From contig CAVVNF010000021.1 in assembly GCA_963749535.1 (NCBI GenBank), positions 3,413 through 67,412 of the forward strand: a stretch of DNA of 64,000 nt, read 5' to 3'. The notes under the pieces were generated by a model. It saw nothing but the letters and a program-made list of their open reading frames with translations. It was not told the DNA's origin and ran no database searches. The stretch's first letter is position 1; the number at the start of each line of letters is the position of its first letter. Shown one piece after another: positions 19,611-29,491 of the stretch. Source of the DNA: an uncultured Thermoleophilia bacterium (GTDB lineage Bacteria > Actinomycetota > Thermoleophilia > RBG-16-64-13). Made by a program: the position numbers and the translations under genes.

Positions 19611-20414
19611 TTGAATAGGACATACGCGAAAGATCTGGACTCGCTCGAGATCCCCACCGACGGGCCGCGCGGGGAGGGCGTTCTTCCAGCGTATCTTCGT
19701 ATTGCCACGACCTTGGCCGACAGAGTGACCTCAGGCGTCTACGCCGCCGGCAGCCGTCTGCCATCCGGGTCAGAATTCTGTGCCGAGTTCGGGGTCAGTC
19801 AGATGACGGTTCGCAGGGCGCTCAACATCCTCCAAGACCAGGGACTGGTTTCTGGGATGCAGGGGCGGGGAACCTTTGTTCGCTCGGTGAACCTGAGCGA
19901 CTCAGCATTTAGGCTGGACTCCCTCACCGGTGAGTGGCTGGACGAATCGGCCGAGATACGCTTGCTTTCCGCCTCCATGACCAGAGCGGACGAGAAAGTC
20001 GCGGCCATGCTCAGTGTCGAGCCCGGTGAACGCGTGATATACCTGCGGCGTTTGGTGCTCTATGACGGCAACCCGGCGATGTATCACACGGAGTACATCA
20101 TCTATGACCCGCGCCGCCCGCTCGTCGAGTCCCAGCTCCAATTGACCTCCATGCACGCATTCTTGGATTGCGGCAGAGCACAGCGATTCCCACGAGGCGA
20201 GCTCACCCTGACCGCGGTAAGCCTTGACGCGGAGAGTGCCCATGCTCTGGGGGAATCCGAGGGTGCGTTGGCGTTGTGTCTGGAGCACATCTTCCAGGAG
20301 AGCGACCGCACTCCGGTGAGTTGGGGCTGGTTTCTTCTGCGAGCTGAGTTGTTTCGGCTTCGAGCGCGACTGGGGCCGGAACAGGAGACGGTTGGAGGCA
20401 GGAACCATTGGTGA
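19611..20414 (+). CDS. GntR family transcriptional regulator, HutC/UTRA subfamily
   Basis: 267-aa ORF with a TTG start. Winged HTH (GSRLPSGSEFCAEFGVSQMTVRRALNILQDQGLVSGMQGRGTFV) followed by a UTRA-like effector domain. Confidence 0.85.
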   Translation: MNRTYAKDLDSLEIPTDGPRGEGVLPAYLRIATTLADRVTSGVYAAGSRLPSGSEFCAEFGVSQMTVRRALNILQDQGLVSGMQGRGTFVRSVNLSDSAFRLDSLTGEWLDESAEIRLLSASMTRADEKVAAMLSVEPGERVIYLRRLVLYDGNPAMYHTEYIIYDPRRPLVESQLQLTSMHAFLDCGRAQRFPRGELTLTAVSLDAESAHALGESEGALALCLEHIFQESDRTPVSWGWFLLRAELFRLRARLGPEQETVGGRNHW

Positions 20415-21082
20415 CACTCGTGACACTCGATGCACTACGGGGCGCTCTGATCGAGCTGGACGAGAGCCGTACGCTCGACCTCACCCGGGAGCTCCTGGCT
20501 CAAGGCAAGGCAACGCCGCTTTCGATCTTGAACACCTGCCAGCAGGCGCTGAAGGTAGTGGGGGAGCGCTACGAACGGCAGGAGTATTTCATCTCGGGGC
20601 TCATCATGTCGGGCGAGCTCTTCAAGGAAGTGCTTGACCTGGTTCAGCTACCTCAGGAGCAGACCCCTCCGGGGGAGTCTGCGGGAACGGTCGTCCTTGG
20701 GACGGTTGCCAAGGACATCCACGATATCGGGAAGAACCTGTTTGGTACGTCGCTCAAAGGCTTCGGCTTCAAGGTGATCGACCTAGGCGTCGACGTGTCC
20801 GCGGAGGCGTTCTTGGAGGAGGTCAGCCGATCCCGGCCCGATGTGGTGGGTCTCTCGGGGCTGATCATGGCTGCATTCGAAAGCATGAAGGAAACTGTGT
20901 CGCTGCTGCGGGACCGCGAGGTAGAACTTGGATACCGCCCCCCGGTCATCCTGGGGGGAGCGATAATCGACGGCAGGGTGTGCGAGTACTGTGGAGCCGA
21001 CTCGTGGAGTACGGATGCGATGGAGGGAGTTCGCATCTGTCAAGAATTGGCGGCTCGATCCCCGCATGGCCGATCCACGTGA
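20408..21082 (+). CDS. cobalamin-binding corrinoid protein (second copy)
   Basis: 224-aa ORF with a B12 cap plus DxHxxG (GTVAKDIHDIGKNLFGTSLKGFGFKVIDLGVD). It overlaps the gntR stop by 7 nt. Confidence 0.85.
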   Translation: MVTLVTLDALRGALIELDESRTLDLTRELLAQGKATPLSILNTCQQALKVVGERYERQEYFISGLIMSGELFKEVLDLVQLPQEQTPPGESAGTVVLGTVAKDIHDIGKNLFGTSLKGFGFKVIDLGVDVSAEAFLEEVSRSRPDVVGLSGLIMAAFESMKETVSLLRDREVELGYRPPVILGGAIIDGRVCEYCGADSWSTDAMEGVRICQELAARSPHGRST

Positions 21083-21520
21083 CGATCGCGTCGCGCGCGT
21101 CGCTTGACGGAGGGACCGGCGGCAAGAGCGTCGCGCGCGGCCTGGCGAAGGCGGCCGGCAACCACACCGTGGATTCTGCGCCCTCACTCGCTCGCTGAGA
21201 GGGTTAGAGCCTGCTTGAGCGGTTCGCCGCGCAATAGTGTCTGACTCACGGAGCCGTCGGCGCTCTAACGTCCACCAACCGCTGGGCTAGGACGGCCATG
21301 CTCCGCGCTCACTCATCCTGGCCGGTACTCCGCCACCGTTCCTCCGCCCGCCTCGCACGAGTGGCGAGCACGAACAGTGCGAGAAAGCTGGGGAAGACGA
21401 TGACAGTAATGAGCAGCCAGGACCATCCGGCATTCAGTCCTATGAAGGGGAGCAGCGCGACGCCGAGTGACGAGCACTAACTCGCCGCCATGCGAAGCTC
21501 ACTTCATCAGCCAGAGCCGG

Positions 21521-21940
21521 TCACCGCGCTTGCATCGCTCCCAGCTGCTCGAGCATGAGCGCGCGATCGAATATGGGCCGATCATCCACGATCTTGCCAC
21601 CACGGATCCGGTAGAAGACGTGGCCGGGCACTTCGACCTTCTTGCCGGTGGGCGCGATGCCCATGAACTCTCCCTGATGGGTTCCGCTGAGGACGAAGCG
21701 AACCGCCACCTCATCCCCCTCGGCGATCAGGCTCTCGACGGCGAGGTGAAAGTCGGGGAAGGCCGCCGGGAAAACGGCCATGAACTCTGGAAACGCCTCG
21801 CGCTTCAGGGGCTCGGACATCCCTGGGAAGTGAAGCGCGTAGTCGGGCGCAATGAGTTCGCCTATGAGGTCTACGCGCTGGCGGTTCAGGACCTCCTCGA
21901 TGAACTCCCGGACGATCTGCTTGTTTTCCTCGGCGGGCAC
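21521..21940 (-). CDS. SnoaL-like / ester cyclase family protein
   Basis: 139-aa ORF with N-terminal NKQIVREFIEEVLNRQRVDLIGELIAPDY and a C-terminal GGKIVD motif, typical of this NTF2-like family. Confidence 0.7.
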   Translation of the reverse strand: MPAEENKQIVREFIEEVLNRQRVDLIGELIAPDYALHFPGMSEPLKREAFPEFMAVFPAAFPDFHLAVESLIAEGDEVAVRFVLSGTHQGEFMGIAPTGKKVEVPGHVFYRIRGGKIVDDRPIFDRALMLEQLGAMQAR

Positions 21941-22566
21941 AGTCGGCCTCCTTCATGGAAAGTTTAGGCATATCGGGCCCGGCAAACACCTGGCCTCATG
22001 CTTGTATTCCCGTTCGCCCGCTTCCTGCAACGCCTCGCGTCTCGAAACGAACGACTTGCTTGGCTCCGCCGACCAGAACTACGCCGTCGTTGGCGACTCG
22101 ACGTCGCTGCGATGGATCGGAAGACACCAGGTGCGAAGTGTCTACCGCATCACCGAGTTACCGGATGGTCGCTGGCGGCTCAGACGTTAAGCAGCCAAGA
22201 GGCCGACTGGCACATGCGGATCCCTGTTCGAGGCGTCAAGCCGCGCCGCGGAGCTGGGAGGCTGCTGAAGAACAGCGCCCCGGCCGTCAGGAGCGCACTG
22301 GGCGGCACGATAGCACGTCCTCGGTCGCGTCAATAGCGCCGCTATTCACGCTCCCTGCGTCCTTCTCTCCCGCGTACCCATCGGGCTCTGGCGGCGAGGC
22401 GCCATTCTTCAGCAGCCGCTAGTCGAGAAGCGGCCCAACTGCGAGGTCTTGGTGGAGAAGCGACGGCATTGAGCCGTTGTTCGCGGTATCCGCATGCTGG
22501 CTATCAGCTAGGTTTCAGAAGATTTCCCCGGCCTCAGGTGTCCCCACCGACGAGGAACCGCCCTTT

Positions 22567-22998
22567 CTAAGTGAGCTCGACCTCAGTGGTGGGCCACTCG
22601 AAGCCTTGCTCCAAAAGATAGTCGAGCGCAGGGTGACCCTTACCGAAAGCCAGGAGTTCGTCCTCGTCGCATATGTCGAACAAATCCTGGCCTATTGCCA
22701 TGGCAGCGACGATCATTTCCTGTGAGTAGACCTTGAGCGTGCCGCCCCGCCGCGCTTCCATGGCCGCGTCCAGATCGTCCGGGTCCCACCCCTCTCTTCC
22801 CAGCACGATCACGGGCGCGTCGGACTCGTTCACGTAGATAGCCTCGATCCCGCAGGCCCCCAAGAACTCGTCAAAGCTATGTTCGTCGTACGGACCGTTG
22901 CCCTGAGACGCGACGACGCCCCCAAGAATGCCTCGACAGACCACCGCGTTGCTCGATAGGTGATCCAAAACAAGTTCCCACGGAAAGTCGCTCGCCAC
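22567..22998 (-). CDS. hypothetical protein
   Basis: 143-aa ORF. The GTG start is preceded by GAGGGGGAG, with an in-frame stop just upstream. No family recognised. Confidence 0.55.
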   Translation of the reverse strand: MASDFPWELVLDHLSSNAVVCRGILGGVVASQGNGPYDEHSFDEFLGACGIEAIYVNESDAPVIVLGREGWDPDDLDAAMEARRGGTLKVYSQEMIVAAMAIGQDLFDICDEDELLAFGKGHPALDYLLEQGFEWPTTEVELT

Positions 22999-23329
22999 TA
23001 TCTCCCCCTCTTAGAAAGGCTTGCCAATCGGATTCGTCCCATTGTAGAAGAATAGCGCCGTGAATGGGTGGTCCGGCACGGGGAAGACCTGCCAAGGCCC
23101 TCTCGAACTGAGCCAGACCTTCCCCGGACCCGATTCCCGCGCGGGGCCAGTTCATGTGGCCCGCCTTGCCCACTTCCGCGGTTGCCACGAAGAATGTGGC
23201 CGCACGCGACCCTTTTGTCTACCAGCCAAGTACGTCCTCCGCCGATACCCTTGTTCCTCTCTCAGGTCTACAAGTTTCCACAACAAGGCCGGAAGGCCGA
23301 CGGCTCCGTTTCTTCCTACGATATTTACC

Positions 23330-24871
23330 CTAAGGTCTGGGAACGACCATCATCGACTCGGCCATCGTCAGCAGCTCAGCTTTGCTCGCCGTGTAAGTGA
23401 GAGTGTTCGAGAGGAAATAGAGGACGTTGTTCTGCGTCCACCAAATGTGATCCACGTCTTGGCTCGTGCCCACCAGAGTGAACGTCACCCCGTCTTTCGT
23501 GACTTCCGTGCCCTTGCTGGCGATGGGCGCGCTGAGCCACGTAGTTTCCGTGATACCGAGGTATAGGTCTGATTTGACCCCCTGCGGCTCGTAGCGATAG
23601 ATCATACGCAGCGCGGGCTTGCCCGAATCGCCGGGGACGATGTCGTAGGTGCCTCCCTTTTGTGGCATCCGATCCGAGTACTTGAAGCCCGGGGGGACGT
23701 ACCCGGGCCCTTCGAGTTGGTAGGGGACCATGCCGGCCAAGGCCTTCCACTCGCTGGAGTTCGGCATGGTCTGAACGGTGGTGACTACCGAGGTGCTCGC
23801 AGCCGCGCTCGTGAGAGCCGAGGTGGTGCTCGAGGCAACGTCGCCGGGGACGGTGGTCTTCGAGGCACCCTGGTTGGGGGCGGTCAACGCTGCCGCCACG
23901 TAATCGTGCAGTTGTTGCTTGGGAATGACGACCACCGCTTGGCCTGCGATGGTGGGCGTCGATCCGGTCATGACCACCTGCTTTATCCGGCCGGGGTCCA
24001 GTTTGACACCCCAATAAGCCAGCTTGAGAACGTCGTTGGCACTCAAGGTGGTGGTGACGTTCCGGAAGAGGGCGCTGACCAGGCCGGGTAGGCGAAACAT
24101 GAGGTTGTTCCAGCTCATCGCCTGCTGTCGCAGATCCTGTAGGAAACGCTGCTGACGGGCCATGCGGCCGAAGTCCAGATTCCCGTCGTGTCTGTAGCGG
24201 ACGTACTCGAGAGCGTCGTGACCCCCCAGGAGTTGGTAGCCCGGAGAGAGTTTGATGAGCTCCCAAGTGGGGTCTGCGTTGTAGTAGCGATGGTCGACGT
24301 CGACGTAAACACCGCCCAGGGCGTTGGTTATGTCCTCGAAGGCCGAGAAGTCCACTTCAAGGTATTGGTTCAGGTCGATACCGGTGACGTCTTGTACCGT
24401 GGTGATGGCCAGAGCCGCGCCACCGTAGGCGTATGCCGCATTGATCTTTTGCATGCCGTGGCCCTGCACGTCCACGTAAAGGTCGCGCGGGATGGAAAGA
24501 ATGGACACGAAGTTCTGGGCGCGATCCACGTGGACGACCATCATAGTGTCGGAGCGGCCGTTAGTCTCGTTACCACGATTGTCGGAGCCCAACACTAAGA
24601 TGTTCATGCTGTCCGGAGCGCCGGGGAGCGGGGCCAGCGTGGTACCAGGAGTGGCAAGAGTGGTCGCTGGATGGGTTCGCAGGGCCGATACGGCTGTCTT
24701 GCTCACTCGAGCGTTGGCTTTACCAACCTGGGCGCGGAACCACAGGTAGGAGCCCCCGGAAACAGCGAGCGCCAACACGACAATACCGACGATCGTCCAC
24801 ATGAGGATACGGGGCCACCGCCGCCTGGGCGCGCCGTCGACCTCGTAGACGCTGTACGGCTTGTCACTCAT
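23330..24871 (-). CDS. LCP (LytR-CpsA-Psr) family cell-envelope phosphotransferase with an extended C-terminal domain
   Basis: 513-aa ORF with an N-terminal TM helix. LCP core: NILVLGSDNRGNETNGRSDTMMVVHVDRAQNFVSILSIPRDLYVDV...INAAYAYGG. Confidence 0.85.
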   Translation of the reverse strand: MSDKPYSVYEVDGAPRRRWPRILMWTIVGIVVLALAVSGGSYLWFRAQVGKANARVSKTAVSALRTHPATTLATPGTTLAPLPGAPDSMNILVLGSDNRGNETNGRSDTMMVVHVDRAQNFVSILSIPRDLYVDVQGHGMQKINAAYAYGGAALAITTVQDVTGIDLNQYLEVDFSAFEDITNALGGVYVDVDHRYYNADPTWELIKLSPGYQLLGGHDALEYVRYRHDGNLDFGRMARQQRFLQDLRQQAMSWNNLMFRLPGLVSALFRNVTTTLSANDVLKLAYWGVKLDPGRIKQVVMTGSTPTIAGQAVVVIPKQQLHDYVAAALTAPNQGASKTTVPGDVASSTTSALTSAAASTSVVTTVQTMPNSSEWKALAGMVPYQLEGPGYVPPGFKYSDRMPQKGGTYDIVPGDSGKPALRMIYRYEPQGVKSDLYLGITETTWLSAPIASKGTEVTKDGVTFTLVGTSQDVDHIWWTQNNVLYFLSNTLTYTASKAELLTMAESMMVVPRP

Positions 24872-25101
24872 CGTCGCAGCTGAAGGGACGATTCAAACTA
24901 TTATTCACTCCTCCTCGAATCGCCCACAACGACTGCGGTGGATGGTATGTCGTCCAGATGAATACCCGATGAAGGAACGATCCGCGGGGCCACCGGCCAT
25001 CCCCGGGACCGCTGAGCCGCTTCCCGCGAGCGCCGCTGAGATGCCGGCGCCCCGGTCAGCAACAGACAGCCGTCGCTCAGGCACCTGATCGCTTCGGCGT
25101 T

Positions 25102-25788
25102 TCAAGCTTCCGTAGGGCGTCCTGACCGCGACCGCTGCCATCTCGCTCCTAGCCACCAGCCCATAGGCAGAGCCATGACGTGGGTGGCTGCGTCGATCAG
25201 ACCCTCCGGGGCGGTGCGCGCGTGAAAGGCCGCCCACACGACCGTCCCCGCCAAAACCGCGCCAACAACGCAGACCACGTACACTTGAAAACGCTGGGAG
25301 AAGTAGGTCAACACGACGCCGAGACAGGCGAGGTATCCGGCCGAAGGCCCCACGCTTCGCAGCTTCACGAGTTCCTCGAGCAGAGCCGAGTTGACCAGAC
25401 GAGACGCGGCTAGCCCAACAATCGCTTCGATTATTCCGGTGCCGAGGTGAACGCTCCAGAACGCAAGCGCGGTCCGCCGAACCCCCGCCCACCACTCACA
25501 TGCTCCGACTGCAATACCGAGCGCGACCAAGTTGAACCAGAAGTAGAAAGCGCCCGGAGTTAGGAGAACCGAGACCGGAAGCCTCCAACCACGCCTCGGG
25601 GAAAGATCTGTGAGCGCGAATCCCAGCCTCTCTAGCCAGACACTGGAAAGCGGGTGGAGAACGGTGTTGCTGATTATCGCGCACGCAATGTAAGCCGCGA
25701 GTACCCAAAGGGTGAACGGGGCGGGCGATATTCTCGGCCGCGTCTTGAGGCAGGCGGTTATGCTTGAAAAGCGGTGCTGACGATCCAT
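25102..25788 (-). CDS. polytopic membrane protein, rhomboid-like
   Basis: 228-aa ORF with about 6 TM helices. It has a WR motif (GWRLPVSVLL), a GxSxG-like motif (VGPSAGYLACLG) and a late His (ATHVMALPMGWWLG). The TM2 His residues of canonical rhomboids are not obvious. Confidence 0.45.
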   Translation of the reverse strand: MDRQHRFSSITACLKTRPRISPAPFTLWVLAAYIACAIISNTVLHPLSSVWLERLGFALTDLSPRRGWRLPVSVLLTPGAFYFWFNLVALGIAVGACEWWAGVRRTALAFWSVHLGTGIIEAIVGLAASRLVNSALLEELVKLRSVGPSAGYLACLGVVLTYFSQRFQVYVVCVVGAVLAGTVVWAAFHARTAPEGLIDAATHVMALPMGWWLGARWQRSRSGRPTEA

Positions 25789-25825
25789 CAGGCAATCGTA
25801 CAGGAAGCGCGGGACGCCGCAGCGT

Positions 25826-27490
25826 ATGATGAGGCCAGTGAAAGTCTCGGCACATCAGTCACAACCAATCGTGTCCTCGGCACAGAGCGTCTGGCCCGTG
25901 CGAATGATCAGTCTCGTTGTCTTCGTCGCCGGGTGCCAGGTCCTCTTCCACTCCCTTCTGGCGCGGCTACCCTCAGAGGTACGCTTCGCCGATTCGGTGC
26001 TGCCATTCAACACCCTGCATTGGCACCGGTTGGCGACCATAGTCATCGGGTTTCTGCTCGTGTATCTGTCGCTGCACCTGTACAAGCGGCGGAGAGCAGC
26101 GTGGTACGTTGCAACGGCCGCGACCACCCTGTTGCTCGCTCTCCACATGGGCCGATGGCATCTGGCCGTAGGACCGGCCGTATTGCTTGGTCTCCTTCTC
26201 CTTTGCAGAAGCCACTTCACCGTCCGCAGTGAGCCGAGGAGTGTCCTTCGCGGACTACTCTTGGCGCTGGGGATACTGGTGATCGCGGTGATCGTGGGCA
26301 CGGTCGGCTTCGAACTGCTCGACCGGCGAGATTTTGGTGCCGACTTCGGGCTGGCAGAGTCGCTGGTCCGGACTCTACGCCAGTTCGCGCTCGTAGGAAA
26401 CCAAGACCTCTCGCCGCTCACCCGTCACGCGCACTGGTTCACCGAAGCACTCACCATACTGGGCGCCTTCGCGGAGATCCTTGCCGCGCTCAGCTTCTTC
26501 AGGCCGGTGGCATTTCGCATGGCCACGCTCCCCCGCGAGCGGCAGCGGGCGGGGAACATCGTCGCTCAGTTCGGCCGCTCCCCCTACGACCATTTCAAGA
26601 TCGGGCGGGACAAGTCGTTCTTCTTCTCGGGAAACGGCCGCTCATTCATCGCGTACAGGACTGTTTCCAACGTCGCCTTGGCCCTCGGGGACCCGGTGGG
26701 ACCGGAGGAAGATCTCGGGAACACTATCGCCGGTTTTGTGAACCTCTGCCGGCGCAATGGCTGGACGGCGGCGTTCCTGATGCCGGAGATACCCGCCGTC
26801 TATCGGAAGCACGGACTCTCAGTGGTCAAGATCGGCGAAGAAGCCGTCATCGACTTGGACCGGTTTCTCGCGCAGACGGCCAAGGGAAAATACTTTCGCT
26901 ATGTCCGGCGCAAGCTGGAGAGCGAGGGGTACGTCGTGACCCGGCACCTTCCTCCTCACGACAGAACTCTGCTGGCCGAGGCGGAGGAGGTGTCAAACGA
27001 ATGGCTCTCACTCCCTGGTCGTCGGGAGTTTGGTTTTTGCCAAGGGTCGTTCGACCGCGATGCCATTGCCGCTGCACCTCTCTTCGCGCTCAGGAACTCG
27101 ACGAGGAGCATGGTGGCGTTCGCAAGCCAGGTCCCGTCGTATCGGCCCGGAGAGGCCAATTTCGATCTCATGCGGCGCCGGCCGGGAACCCATTGGGCCG
27201 GGATGGACCATCTGTTCCAGGAGATGCTCCGGACTTTGCGGGACGAGGGCTACGTCACCTTCAACATGGGCATGGCTCCGTTCGCCGGATTAGCGAGTAG
27301 CCCAGAGGCCTCGTGGACAGAAAAGGGGATGCGCGAACTCGCGGAACATGTGCGGTGGCTCGCCTCTCTCCAAGGCCTACGCACGTACAAGTCCAAGTTC
27401 GAACCCATCTGGGAAGAGCGCTTCCTCGTGTACGACGGCGGGCCAGTCTCTCTACCCAAAATCGGCCTGGCAATGGCCCGGGCGATGTAG
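25826..27490 (+). CDS. aminoacyl-phosphatidylglycerol synthase (MprF C-terminal/DUF2156-type domain) with N-terminal TM region
   Basis: 554-aa ORF with QFGRSPYDHFKIGRDKSFFFSGNGRSFIAYRTVSNVALALGDPVGPEE and LMRRRPGTHWAGMDHLF, typical of the LPG-synthase C-domain. Confidence 0.8.
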   Translation: MMRPVKVSAHQSQPIVSSAQSVWPVRMISLVVFVAGCQVLFHSLLARLPSEVRFADSVLPFNTLHWHRLATIVIGFLLVYLSLHLYKRRRAAWYVATAATTLLLALHMGRWHLAVGPAVLLGLLLLCRSHFTVRSEPRSVLRGLLLALGILVIAVIVGTVGFELLDRRDFGADFGLAESLVRTLRQFALVGNQDLSPLTRHAHWFTEALTILGAFAEILAALSFFRPVAFRMATLPRERQRAGNIVAQFGRSPYDHFKIGRDKSFFFSGNGRSFIAYRTVSNVALALGDPVGPEEDLGNTIAGFVNLCRRNGWTAAFLMPEIPAVYRKHGLSVVKIGEEAVIDLDRFLAQTAKGKYFRYVRRKLESEGYVVTRHLPPHDRTLLAEAEEVSNEWLSLPGRREFGFCQGSFDRDAIAAAPLFALRNSTRSMVAFASQVPSYRPGEANFDLMRRRPGTHWAGMDHLFQEMLRTLRDEGYVTFNMGMAPFAGLASSPEASWTEKGMRELAEHVRWLASLQGLRTYKSKFEPIWEERFLVYDGGPVSLPKIGLAMARAM

Positions 27491-27504
27491 CTGGGTTCCA
27501 AGCC

Positions 27505-28536
27505 ATGAAGACGCGGGGCCCGCTCCGTAGGTGGCGGCAACTCCTTCTGCTGGCCATGTTCTTGGGCTTTAGTGCCCTCGTCGTCACCCAGTTCACGGAC
27601 GCGAGGAATTTCGCTCAGACCCTGGGTTCCGCGGTTTGGTATTGGGTTCTCGCCTCGATCCTCCTCTTTGCCTTTTCCTTCTATCTTTACGCGATGCTTT
27701 ATCGGATCGGGTTCCGGGCGGTCGAACTCAAGGTGGCCACCGTAAGCATGCTGCCGCCATTGATGGCGTCCATCTTTCTCAACACCTTCGCCCCGGTAGG
27801 CGAGGCCATCTTCGTCCAGGACGCGGTCGAACACGGGAGGTCCGGGGCCAGGACCGCGCCGGGAGTCCTGCTCGTGCTAGCCGTCGATCTTGGAACGTCG
27901 CTGCCTTTCATCGCCGTAGGCATGGCCTTCCTCAAAGCACACGCAGCCCTACCCTTCTACGACATCGTGGCCAGTGTTCTCTTCTTTTTGGTCGTCTTCA
28001 TCTTCGTGGCGGCACTCTGGCTCGGCAACGTCCGGAAGGGCTGGTTGGAGAGATTCCTGGGCTGGGCCCGGGGCGTGATCAACTGGGTAGGCGGGTTGTT
28101 CCGGCGCCCCGATCTCGTATCCCATTCCTGGGTCGAAGGGAGCGTGGACCAGTTCTCGGAGGCCTCCTCCGGTATCGCTCGCCATCCGGGCATCCTGGCG
28201 AGTCTGCTGGTCTTGGGGTTGGTGATGCATGCCGTGAACGCAGCCGGACTTTACGCCCTCTTCTTGGCGTTCCATCAACCGGTCGGTGTCGGCACGATCA
28301 CAGCCGGTTTCGGCATGAGCATCGTCTTGTACGTCATCGCGGTGACGCCGCATGGGGTCGGCGCGGCAGAGGGCGTGATGTCTCTGCTGTTCACTTCCAC
28401 GGGCGTCCCGGGCGCGACCGCAGTGGTCGTGGCGATCGGCTATCGGATATTCAACGTCTGGATCCCGGTTGTAGTCGGCTACTTCTTTACACGGAGAATG
28501 CGGGTCTTCAAAGGGACTGCGAGCCGGCGTCAGTAA
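27505..28536 (+). CDS. lysylphosphatidylglycerol synthase TM-region (UPF0104/flippase-like) family membrane protein
   Basis: Start placed at ATG 27505 (MKTRGPLRRWRQLLLLAMFLGF), 12 nt after the upstream stop. The track ORF starts at 27313 inside the previous gene. About 8 TM helices, with a typical family C-terminus (VAIGYRIFNVWIPVVVGYFF). Confidence 0.7.
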   Translation: MKTRGPLRRWRQLLLLAMFLGFSALVVTQFTDARNFAQTLGSAVWYWVLASILLFAFSFYLYAMLYRIGFRAVELKVATVSMLPPLMASIFLNTFAPVGEAIFVQDAVEHGRSGARTAPGVLLVLAVDLGTSLPFIAVGMAFLKAHAALPFYDIVASVLFFLVVFIFVAALWLGNVRKGWLERFLGWARGVINWVGGLFRRPDLVSHSWVEGSVDQFSEASSGIARHPGILASLLVLGLVMHAVNAAGLYALFLAFHQPVGVGTITAGFGMSIVLYVIAVTPHGVGAAEGVMSLLFTSTGVPGATAVVVAIGYRIFNVWIPVVVGYFFTRRMRVFKGTASRRQ

Positions 28537-29216
28537 TTGGTCAATACTTCATCCTCGGCCACACCAAGGCGGCAAAACTCATCTCGGCTCTCATCCATCA
28601 TCGCCTTCATGCCGCAGACCAGGGCCACCGGCTTCTCCAGCCCTTCCAAGGCCTCGCCGCAATGCAGCGTGACGTAGCCTGACTTGCCAGACCAAGCCGA
28701 TCCTTCGGGACGGCTCAGGGTCAGCATCGTGGTGATACCGGCTTCGTTCCAGCCGTCCAGCTCGCCGGTGAAGGGGAAATCCGTGGGCACACGAACACCG
28801 AAGATAGCCGTGACCTTGCCGAAATCAGCTCTCCTCCGGGTGACGGAACGGATAACCCCTCTCATCGGGGCTATGGCGCTACCCACGGCGGTGATGACCA
28901 GATCTCTGCCCTTGTAGTCGTCGATCGGAAAACCCTTGCCCATCGGACCTTTGACCTGCAAGGTGTGGCCTTCCTTGAGCCGAAAGATGGCTCCCGCGGC
29001 TCCCCCGCCGTCCTTGACCAGAAACTCCAGGATGCCCTTATCCTCCGGAGCTGAGGCGATCGCAAAATACGATTCGCCCACGCCCTCGACCCCGAGAACG
29101 CAGACCTGACCCGGTATGAACGTCCAGGCAGGTTCCGCTGTCAAGGTGAACAATTTCAACTGGGGCGTTTCATCCGACACTCGCTGGATGGTCATGACGC
29201 TCGCTTGAGTTTCCAC
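28530..29216 (-). CDS. FNR-like FAD/NAD(P)-binding oxidoreductase
   Basis: 228-aa ORF with a flavin motif (ESYFAIASAP) and an NAD(P)-binding motif (LVITAVGSAIAPMRG). There is no C-terminal Fe-S cysteine cluster. Confidence 0.7.
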   Translation of the reverse strand: METQASVMTIQRVSDETPQLKLFTLTAEPAWTFIPGQVCVLGVEGVGESYFAIASAPEDKGILEFLVKDGGGAAGAIFRLKEGHTLQVKGPMGKGFPIDDYKGRDLVITAVGSAIAPMRGVIRSVTRRRADFGKVTAIFGVRVPTDFPFTGELDGWNEAGITTMLTLSRPEGSAWSGKSGYVTLHCGEALEGLEKPVALVCGMKAMMDESRDEFCRLGVAEDEVLTNY

Positions 29217-29491
29217 GCTATCTCCCTCCTTGACTAAGAGCTTTGCGCAGCGCGATGTGACCTAACGGGATATCTGAAGCTTAACAGCGATCTTCAGACT
29301 ACCAGGAGACGATACCAACGCCGAGCCAGGAGACCATACCAGGGCCGGGGCTGACCAGGCCGCGGGGTGATCGCTTCGTCGCCAAAGTGCGGAAGGCCCG
29401 CCGGCCGCAACCGCCCTCGCGCTCCGTCCACCTGGTCGCCCGGAGGCGCGGGTTGGGCACGGGCGCGGACACCAGACAGAAAGGCCCAACG

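Noticed and set aside
21300-21480. Hydrophobic minus-strand frame (SLGVALLPFIGLNAGWSWLLITVIVFPSFLALFVLATRARRAEERW) that resembles a small membrane protein.
   Set aside because: A stop lies immediately upstream and there is no usable start codon before the TM segments. It cannot be supported without assuming another frameshift.
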